A stretch of DNA of 64,000 bases from an uncultured Pseudomonadota bacterium. GTDB lineage: Bacteria > Myxococcota_A > Polyangia > Fen-1088. The position numbers and the translations under genes were made by a program. Below the pieces are notes generated by a model. That model was given only the letters and a program-made list of their open reading frames with translations, ran no database searches and was not told the origin of the DNA. Each line of letters opens with the position of its first letter. The stretch's first letter is position 1. Below are positions 48,540 through 55,850 of the stretch, piece by piece. The stretch spans positions 166,265 to 230,264 of the forward strand of contig CAWKBC010000001.1 of NCBI GenBank assembly GCA_963847705.1, written 5' to 3'.

Positions 48540-49547
48540 TCAGGGTCCGAACGTGTGCGGATCGAGGAGGAGCTGCCAGAGGCGCGACTGAGCCAGCGGC
48601 GCCGCGATTTGCGTGACGACCCAGTCGTTGCCGTTCGGATCGGGCACCAGCGGCGGTCCCTGTGTCGCGTCGAATCCGCCTGACGTGTCGGGCGACACCC
48701 GCTCGGCCGAGACCGTGAAACCTGGCAGACCCATCGCGAGGAGGGCGACCTGATCGGAGGCTTGCGGCACCGCGATGATGTTGGGCTGCTTGGTCGCGAT
48801 CCGGTTGCCCAGCGCGTTTGAAGGCAGGCTGGGGAGATCCGCCGTCGTGACGTCTCCGGTCTGGTCGTAGTAGGCGCTGACCTGGATGTAGCGAAACCGC
48901 TGCGCGACGATCCAGTCCGCCCAGGGATCCATGTCGCCGTTGGGCGCGTTCATCGTGGCGTCCGGCGCGCTGTAGCCGCCGAGCGCCGCGACGACGACCA
49001 CGCGGTCGACGACCGTATGATCGATGAGGTAGGCGTCTGCCAGATCTGTCAGCGACGTCCCTGATACGACGACGACGGGGAGGTTCGGCTGGCTCAGCTT
49101 GTTCGACAGATCGCGAATCAGCTGGGCGCCGGCGGAGTTGTTGGGGGTGGTCGAATCGATCTGGCCGTCGGCCGGCATCGTCAAGGCGGCGCCCGCGCTC
49201 GAGGTGACGTCCGGAATGTTCGGCAGGCCGCTCGAGCGCGCGGCGTTGACCAGATCGTTCCACCCCGACGTGTTGATGCTGAGGTCGCCCCAGATCTTGC
49301 TCGCGTTGACGACGATGCCGGCCAGGGGAGGGCCGCCGCTGCTCGCGAGCAAGACGGCGTACTCGCCCAGCCAGTCGCCGGACCAGTCGTCCTCGTAAAC
49401 GATGACCGGGTTCGTCTGGTCGACGGGCAGCGGGCCGGGCGGGCGGTTGAATCCTGCGTCGAGCGTCTCGCTGCAAGCGGCGAACAGCAACACGGCGGCC
49501 ACAGCCGCGGAGAGTCCCCCACGGCCGAAAGGACGACTGCGTCGCAA
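48540..49547 (-). CDS. Nucleoside-hydrolase-fold lipoprotein (degenerate)
   Basis: FAAC-SETLDAG, EDDWSGDW, GTSLTDLADAYLID, NGDMDPWAD. Confidence 0.7.
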   Translation of the reverse strand: MRRSRPFGRGGLSAAVAAVLLFAACSETLDAGFNRPPGPLPVDQTNPVIVYEDDWSGDWLGEYAVLLASSGGPPLAGIVVNASKIWGDLSINTSGWNDLVNAARSSGLPNIPDVTSSAGAALTMPADGQIDSTTPNNSAGAQLIRDLSNKLSQPNLPVVVVSGTSLTDLADAYLIDHTVVDRVVVVAALGGYSAPDATMNAPNGDMDPWADWIVAQRFRYIQVSAYYDQTGDVTTADLPSLPSNALGNRIATKQPNIIAVPQASDQVALLAMGLPGFTVSAERVSPDTSGGFDATQGPPLVPDPNGNDWVVTQIAAPLAQSRLWQLLLDPHTFGP

Positions 49548-49562
49548 GATCCGCCTCTTCTG

Positions 49563-50279
49563 TCACTCCGCGGCGCGGGCCTGCTCGCGCAACCGAGGCA
49601 AGAGCACGCTGCGCGGGAAGCGCCTGGCGAAGGCCGCGAGCGCGCGGCGCGCCTGGTCACCGCGATCCGCCCCGGCGAGCGATCGCACCCGCAACGCTTC
49701 ACGCTCCTCCGCCAGACGTCCGTTCGGGAACCTGCGCGCGTGCTCCGCGACGAGCACCAGCGCGTCGGGGAAGTCCTGGCTGGCGTATTTGGATTGAGCC
49801 CGTTGCAGGAGATAGAGCTCGGCCGCGTAAGACTCCTGGGGAGACAGCGCCCGATGGGAATGCAGGATTCTGGGGCTGGCAAGCACCTGCGGCGCGGGCT
49901 CCACCTCTGCGACCGAGGGCTTGGGTGCTGCTGAGACCGAGGGCTTGGGTGCTGCTGCGCGGACCGACGGCGCCTCCGACCTCGCGCGCAGTGACGAACC
50001 AATCTCGGCCGGGCGCCTGGCGTGGGTGTAGAGCGCGGCGGTTGCACCGGCCGCGCTGAACAGCAGGAGCGCGGCGGCGGCGAAGGCGAGTCGCCGCCCG
50101 CGCCAGGCGGGTGCCGTTTCCGGGATCCCCAGGCGCCTGGCCTGGGCCGACGCCGCGACGGCCACACGCGCGCGGGCGAGCAGCCGGGCGCGCACCACGT
50201 CGGGCGCGCGCCGAATGTGGCGTCCCCGTTCGATGACCGCCTGGACCTCTTGCTCCGCCACCTGCGCGCGCAGGCTCAT
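49563..50279 (-). CDS. Putative anti-sigma factor with TPR-like C-terminus
   Basis: ATGA overlap; TM; EEREALRVRSL..RFPRSVLL. Confidence 0.8.
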   Translation of the reverse strand: MSLRAQVAEQEVQAVIERGRHIRRAPDVVRARLLARARVAVAASAQARRLGIPETAPAWRGRRLAFAAAALLLFSAAGATAALYTHARRPAEIGSSLRARSEAPSVRAAAPKPSVSAAPKPSVAEVEPAPQVLASPRILHSHRALSPQESYAAELYLLQRAQSKYASQDFPDALVLVAEHARRFPNGRLAEEREALRVRSLAGADRGDQARRALAAFARRFPRSVLLPRLREQARAAE

Positions 50280-50839
50280 CGCCTCACGCCCTCCTTCAAC
50301 AAACGCCGCAACGCCGATGCCAGCTCCTTGCGCGCCTTTCGCAGCCTGGCGTAGGCACCGAACCGCGTCAGTGACAGCCGGGCCGCCACCTCCACGATGG
50401 GGAAGCCATCCAGGTCGTGCATGACGACGACCGCTCTTCGCTGCAGGGGGATGGTGTCGAGCGCGGCCATCAGGAGGTGGGCCGACTGCTTGGACTGCAG
50501 CGATTCCTCGGGGCCGACGGCAGGGTCCTCCGCTTCCAGATAGGCGAAGGGGATTTCGCGACCCCGGCGGCGGCGGTGCGCGCAGACGACCCGGAAGGCG
50601 ACGGCGAACAGGTACGGGCGGAACGGGCGGCTGACGTCCAGGTCGGGCCAGTTCCGGTGCAAGACGAGGAAGACCTCCTGCGCGAGATCTTCGATCTCAC
50701 GGGGGCTCGCGCCCATCCGTTGCAAGGTCTCGAAGAGGTAGTCGAGCTCCCTTTCGTAAACCGCGAGGCAACTGGTCTCGAGCTCGGCGGCGGGCGGGGG
50801 AGCCGGACGGGCGGAATGGACCTGCCGGAGATAGCCCAT
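50276..50839 (-). CDS. ECF RNA polymerase sigma factor (copy 5)
   Basis: EDLAQEVF, RPYLFAVAFR, RRAVVVMHDLD, YARLRKAR. Confidence 0.9.
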   Translation of the reverse strand: MGYLRQVHSARPAPPPAAELETSCLAVYERELDYLFETLQRMGASPREIEDLAQEVFLVLHRNWPDLDVSRPFRPYLFAVAFRVVCAHRRRRGREIPFAYLEAEDPAVGPEESLQSKQSAHLLMAALDTIPLQRRAVVVMHDLDGFPIVEVAARLSLTRFGAYARLRKARKELASALRRLLKEGVRR

Positions 50840-50846
50840 GGAAGGA

Positions 50847-50872
50847 ATTGTCCCGGGCAGGATCGTTTGTTT
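50847..50872 (-). promoter_or_regulatory. Putative promoter AAACAA-N14-GACAAT, 7 nt before ATG 50839
   Basis: Recurring motif directly upstream of an ECF sigma gene (possible autoregulation). Confidence 0.55.
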
Positions 50873-51914
50873 ACTTAATTCGCAAGGCCAGGTCGATTCC
50901 GAGCAGCGCGGCAAAGGTTGGGGTCGTCCAGACGGGCATCGAATCGAGGGTGACGTCGCCCTGGGTCAGCCGTCCGAGGCCTTCGACGTGGGCGACGATG
51001 TAGGTGCGGTGTCCAAAGGTGTGCGACGCTGCCAGCCGCAGACCCGCCTGGAGCATCAGGCCCGAGGCGGTCAGCGGGACATCGACGCCCTGACCGACCA
51101 CCCGGAGCTCGCCCGCCTTGCCGACGGCACACACGCTCCAGGCGCCGCGCACGCCGCACCCCGCGAGGCTCGCCAGAATCTGCTCCTGAGAAAAGCCTGC
51201 CCCATCCGCCCGGTGCGTCGTCGACGGTGTGCTGACCTCGCCGGCGAGCTCGACCGCGACGTGCGACCACGCCGCAGTCGCGAACAGACGGCCGATGGCG
51301 ACTGGCTCCGAGGTCACGCCAAGCCCGGCCGCCGCGCCCGCGCCCACCAACACAAAAGGGCCGGCTCGCTGCCCCGTCGTCGCCGGCGCTGCGCCGCCCG
51401 CGTTCTCGATCTGGGCCGCTGGCGGAGCCGCCACCGACGGCGGCGATGCCGGCAACCTCGCGACCGCCGTGTCCGCGGCCGGCGCGGGCGGCGCCGCCGC
51501 TCGACTCTCCCCGACGGTGGCCGCCATCAGCTGAATTTGCAGGGCCAGCGCGAACCCCATGGCGCGGATGAGCTCGGCGCAGTCGCCGGTGCGGGAAGGA
51601 AATACCTGCTCTCCGATCGCCGCGCCCGTCGCGTCCCGCCATTCGAGCCGGCCCTCGAGCGCTCGCCCGGCGGACTCGATGCGCACGATGACCCGGTCCG
51701 GCGCATCCGAGCGGAACGCGCGGTAACCCAGGCGTCCGTTCACCACCGCTTCGAAAGCGTCGACGTCCGCGCAGCCAGGAGCCGCGGCGTAGTCCAGCTG
51801 CGCCGCCACGACCACCGTCCGGGCGCGGCCTTCGCGGGCCGGGCACACGATCGCCAACGCCAGGACTGCCGCACAGACGAACCGGGGAGCCGGCGCGACA
51901 CTCACGCTCACCAT
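50871..51914 (-). CDS. Two-domain exported protein with putative beta-barrel (paralog of 13114 and 42929)
   Basis: LDY..GC..F...RLGY; LALQIQL; RADGAGFS; WTTP..GIDLALRIK. Confidence 0.75.
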   Translation of the reverse strand: MVSVSVAPAPRFVCAAVLALAIVCPAREGRARTVVVAAQLDYAAAPGCADVDAFEAVVNGRLGYRAFRSDAPDRVIVRIESAGRALEGRLEWRDATGAAIGEQVFPSRTGDCAELIRAMGFALALQIQLMAATVGESRAAAPPAPAADTAVARLPASPPSVAAPPAAQIENAGGAAPATTGQRAGPFVLVGAGAAAGLGVTSEPVAIGRLFATAAWSHVAVELAGEVSTPSTTHRADGAGFSQEQILASLAGCGVRGAWSVCAVGKAGELRVVGQGVDVPLTASGLMLQAGLRLAASHTFGHRTYIVAHVEGLGRLTQGDVTLDSMPVWTTPTFAALLGIDLALRIK

Positions 51915-51971
51915 CCTCTGCGAACTGATCTCTTCTGACAACAAGAGCTGAGCCCGCCCGCGGCGACAGAC

Positions 51972-53909
51972 TTACTTGCCGTATCCAGCGGCCACGACGT
52001 TCGCCTGGACTGCGTCCTCCGTGGCGTCCGAGGGATAGCCCGTCACGATGCACCCTTCGTAAAACGTGCCGTCACTGAGGTTCGCGCCGCCGCCGGGCTT
52101 GCAGCAGTCGCCGCCGCTTCCCAGCACGATGGCGCCCTGTTTCTTCATCGGGCTCCAGCCGCCGGGGAGCCCGCCCTTGTAGTACGTCCCGAGGGCGCCG
52201 GAGGTCGCGTCCCCGCCCCGCAGCGCGAACTCCGTCGTCCCGTTGTTCTTCAGCACGGCGGTGACGTAGGTGCTCGTCTGCGTCGGATCATTCTGGTTCT
52301 TGTTCGTGTTGTTCTCGGCGAAGACCCCGTACTCGAGGTCGGCCATCACCCAGGGACCCGATCCCGCCCCTGTTCCCCAGGCGGAGATCGCGCTGAAGTT
52401 GAGGGCATCCATCGCGCCCGATCCGTCCGCCTTTCGATCGGTCTCGCTGTTCCCGTAGTCGAAGCAGCAGCCACTGTTGTAGTGCTTGCCGCTGGTCACC
52501 ATGTACATGCCTTCTGGCTCACTGCCGAGCGCGATGCCGGACTTCGAGGCGTCGACCCAGTAGCTGTTGTTCGGGTTGATGTAGAGCGAGTAGACCTTGT
52601 GACCGCTGAGCGTCAGCGACTCGCTGGTCGCCTTCGAGGGGGTGCTCGACGTCGAGCCGGGCACCATCGTCGACCCCTGGTACCAGAGGTCGTTTCCCTT
52701 GCCCGATTGATCGTAGACGACGGTGATGACGCACGTCGTTCCCGAGCAGAACGCGTCTTGCGAGCCGCCGTCGGCGAAACCGCCTGGCGTCAGCGTGAGG
52801 ATGTCCTTGGTCGCCCCGGCCGTGTTGCGAACCTGGTACAGCTTTCCGCTGTAGGCTCCGAGGAGCGCTCTCACGGTGCTGTGCGCGGCGACGCAGGGGT
52901 TGCCCGCCTTCGCATAGATGTCGCACGGCCCCGCCGCGGCACCGGAGCCGGCAGCGCCGCTCGAGCCGGCGGCGCCCGTCGCGCCGCCGGTGGCCGGCGT
53001 GCCCCCGCCGCCTCCGTGACCGGCGGTGCCCGTCGTGCCCCCGGAGCCAACGTGGCCCCCCGTTCCTGTCGCGCCGCCGGTTCCTGTCACGCCGCCCGTT
53101 CCTGTCGCACCGCCGGTCGCTGTCGAACCACCGGCTCCCGTCGCGCCGCCTGTGCCCGCGGCGCCACCCGTTCCCGTCGCGCTGCTCTTCTGGAGAGAGA
53201 TCGTGCCGGTCATGGTCGGGCTGGTGCTCTGGGGGGTCATCGTCAGCGTGTTCGCCGAGGCGCAGTAGGCATATTGCGTGTCGCCCACGTCGCCGGTGAG
53301 CGTGACCTGGCTGCCCAAGGGCGTGTCGTTGCCGGTCGTCGTCGGGGCCACCGAGAGCAGACCCAGCCCGCCGGTCTGTTGGACGGTCGCCGAGCAAGAG
53401 CACCCTCCGCCCGCCGCGCTGGTGCAGGTGAGCGAGGCGTAACCGAGATTCTTGATGATGCTGGCCGCCCCGTCGCAGGTCACGGGCGTCGACGATATGA
53501 TCAGGCACGAGGGCCCCAAGGTGAACTGCTCCGAACCCGTCGTGAGCGTGTCATCCGAGTAGGTCCCGTCGGCGTTGGCGGTCCAGGTTCCGGTCACCTG
53601 CAGAGACCCCGTGACCGGCGCCGAGGGGCAGCCCGCGCCGACCAGCGAGAGGTCGAGGTTGCCGGTCACGTTCAGGCAGGACGACGTCACCGTCCAGCTC
53701 CCGACCAGGTCGCCTCCGCAGGCGGTCACGTTCGGGCAGGAGGCTCCGCTGCCTCCGGTTCCAGAGATCCCGCCGGAGCTGACCGCTCCTCCGGTTCCTG
53801 GTGTCCCGCCCGTGCCAGAGAGGGCGCTCCCTCCAGAGTTGCAGCCCCAGGAGGTCAGTGCGGGCCCCACGGCCGCGAGCGCCAGGAGGACGACGTGGTT
53901 TCTCGCCAT
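51972..53909 (-). CDS. GH54-like lipoprotein with extra N-terminal Cys-rich domain; nucleophile position Asp
   Basis: CGGDLVGSW domain; CCFDYGN, GAMDALNF, MADLEYG, GSGGDCC; SWGC lipobox; GACAGA lies 7 nt before the ATG. Confidence 0.85.
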   Translation of the reverse strand: MARNHVVLLALAAVGPALTSWGCNSGGSALSGTGGTPGTGGAVSSGGISGTGGSGASCPNVTACGGDLVGSWTVTSSCLNVTGNLDLSLVGAGCPSAPVTGSLQVTGTWTANADGTYSDDTLTTGSEQFTLGPSCLIISSTPVTCDGAASIIKNLGYASLTCTSAAGGGCSCSATVQQTGGLGLLSVAPTTTGNDTPLGSQVTLTGDVGDTQYAYCASANTLTMTPQSTSPTMTGTISLQKSSATGTGGAAGTGGATGAGGSTATGGATGTGGVTGTGGATGTGGHVGSGGTTGTAGHGGGGGTPATGGATGAAGSSGAAGSGAAAGPCDIYAKAGNPCVAAHSTVRALLGAYSGKLYQVRNTAGATKDILTLTPGGFADGGSQDAFCSGTTCVITVVYDQSGKGNDLWYQGSTMVPGSTSSTPSKATSESLTLSGHKVYSLYINPNNSYWVDASKSGIALGSEPEGMYMVTSGKHYNSGCCFDYGNSETDRKADGSGAMDALNFSAISAWGTGAGSGPWVMADLEYGVFAENNTNKNQNDPTQTSTYVTAVLKNNGTTEFALRGGDATSGALGTYYKGGLPGGWSPMKKQGAIVLGSGGDCCKPGGGANLSDGTFYEGCIVTGYPSDATEDAVQANVVAAGYGK

Positions 53910-53976
53910 ATACCGATCTGTCGGCCTGCTCCGGTTCTTTAACGGAAAGATTCGGAGACGGAGCCGGTGCCGACTT

Positions 53977-55668
53977 CTATGGCGTTCCGACGAAGGTCGT
54001 CACGCTCTGTGCGGAGAGGGTCACCGTCACGCGTGACTGCGAGACGTTGATGGCAGATCCCTGGCCCAGGTTCTTGCTGGCAGACGTCTCGTAGGGCGTG
54101 AGCGAGCACGGCGCGTCGCCGGAGACGTAAAACGAGACGTCCTTCGAAGAGGTGTTGCTGTTGATCGCCACGATCGACAGCGCGTTGTTCGCCGGGTTGA
54201 TGTAGGCGCTCACCAGCACGCCCGAGGGCGCGGTTCCCGAGGTGGCCACCCGCTTCCATCCGGGCCGCACGAAGCGCGAGAAGTTGCCCATGGCCCAAAG
54301 ACGCTTGGTCCACACCTTCGTCCCCGTGTCGTAGAGGCAGCCACTGTTGTTGCTGCAGTACATCCACCAGTAGTGCCAGGCGTTGAGGTTGGCCTTGGTG
54401 AGGTCATTGTGCATCGTGGTCGCGGTCAGAAGCGCGCTGGCGATCCCGTCGCCGGGCGAGTCGCCGCTCGCCGCTCCCGTATCGACCTCGGTCTCCCAGT
54501 ACTCCTTGTTTGCGGCGGCGATGGAGGGCTCGGAAGGCAGCGTGCCGCAGCCATATTCGTGACTCGCCAGGATCCCGATGGAGCTCCAGGCGGCCGTGTC
54601 GCTTTGAATCGCGGAAAAGTAGCTGGTGAAGCCGCAGGCATTTTGCGTCTCCGGCCCCATGACCTTCACGCCGAGCGGGGCCATGGCAGGACCGAGGTAG
54701 CCGCCAATCCAGGTGGCCAACTGGGTCGCCGAGTACGACGTCGTCGAGTTGATCCCGCAGCTGTCCGGCTCGTTCTCGGCGGACACGGCGTAAAGTGGCA
54801 CTCCCTGGGACATCGCCTTTTGGACGTAACTGGCCAGCGTGTTCGCCCAATCTTGCGGGTTGGTGAGGACGGGAACGCTCGTCTTGCAGCCGTTGGCGTT
54901 GGCTTGCGTCGTGGTGTCGCTGCCCCCCTGCGCCCCGTTGGTTCCGGTTCCCCAAGGGGTCAACCAGACCGTGACCCCCGCCTTGACCGCCGCCTGGGCG
55001 ATCGCCAGCCCGTCACCGTACCGGATGCGGAGCAAGCTGAGGCCGGCACCCGTGGTGGTGGACCAGAGATAGTCCGGGTCCGAGGCGTTGGCGTAGCTCC
55101 CGGCCCAGGCCGAAGAGACACCGAAACCGGTGATCTTCTGTTGCAGGCTGCCTTCGTTGATCGTGACGTCGGATGATTGGGCGGCTCCGCCCCCGCACGT
55201 CCCGCTGCCGGTCACTCCGCCCGTCGCTGCCGCGCCGGCCGCTCCGCCGCTCCCCACAGCACCGCCCGTGGCTCTTCCGGCGGCGCCCGTCGCGCCTCCG
55301 GTGGCGGGGGCGGCCCCTGTGCCCGCTGCCCCTCCGGTCGCCGTCACGCCGCCGGTGCCCGGTGTGCCCCCGGTGGCGATCCTTCCGCCGCTGCCAGGGA
55401 CTCCGCCCGTTCCGTTGGCGCCTCCCGAAGCGCTTGAGCCGCCCGTGCCGCGGCCGCCGCTGCCGAGGGCGCCGCCGCTTCCGCTCCCTCCGCTCGCCGA
55501 GCCGCCGCTCCCGTTCTCCCCGCCGGTGCTCGATCCGCCGCTGCCGCTCCCGCCCGTTCCGTCATCCGCGGTCCCGCTGCTCGCGCAAGCCGCGAAGAGC
55601 GACGTCGCCAAGGCGAGGCCAGCCATGGGGCGCAAGAGCAAGCGAGTGATCGGGCGTAGACAAGTCAT
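53977..55668 (-). CDS. GH30 xylanase-like (glucuronoxylanase-type) lipoprotein
   Basis: QKITGFG, GLSLLRIR, ENEPD, WETE, AWHYWW, GNFSRFVRPG; FAAC lipobox. Confidence 0.85.
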   Translation of the reverse strand: MTCLRPITRLLLRPMAGLALATSLFAACASSGTADDGTGGSGSGGSSTGGENGSGGSASGGSGSGGALGSGGRGTGGSSASGGANGTGGVPGSGGRIATGGTPGTGGVTATGGAAGTGAAPATGGATGAAGRATGGAVGSGGAAGAAATGGVTGSGTCGGGAAQSSDVTINEGSLQQKITGFGVSSAWAGSYANASDPDYLWSTTTGAGLSLLRIRYGDGLAIAQAAVKAGVTVWLTPWGTGTNGAQGGSDTTTQANANGCKTSVPVLTNPQDWANTLASYVQKAMSQGVPLYAVSAENEPDSCGINSTTSYSATQLATWIGGYLGPAMAPLGVKVMGPETQNACGFTSYFSAIQSDTAAWSSIGILASHEYGCGTLPSEPSIAAANKEYWETEVDTGAASGDSPGDGIASALLTATTMHNDLTKANLNAWHYWWMYCSNNSGCLYDTGTKVWTKRLWAMGNFSRFVRPGWKRVATSGTAPSGVLVSAYINPANNALSIVAINSNTSSKDVSFYVSGDAPCSLTPYETSASKNLGQGSAINVSQSRVTVTLSAQSVTTFVGTP

Positions 55669-55711
55669 GCGGGGACCCTTTCGTGGGGGCTAACGCTTCA
55701 CCCATCCCGTT

Positions 55712-55736
55712 ACTGTCGCGGGTCCGCCCGATGTGC
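55712..55736 (-). promoter_or_regulatory. Putative promoter GCACAT-N13-GACAGT
   Basis: Recurring motif upstream of GH30. Confidence 0.55.
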
Positions 55737-55818
55737 AGCGAAAGACGATCGGGCCGGGGCCCAAGACGCGGAATCTCGAAGACCCGCGCCGGACGGTGCG
55801 GCTCGCTCACTCTCCAGG

Positions 55819-55843
55819 CAACAATCGTCGGCCGCGGCGCAGT
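55819..55843 (+). promoter_or_regulatory. Putative promoter CAACAA-N13-CGCAGT, 7 nt before in-frame GTG 55851
   Basis: Recurring motif. Confidence 0.55.
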
Positions 55844-55850
55844 AGGGGAT

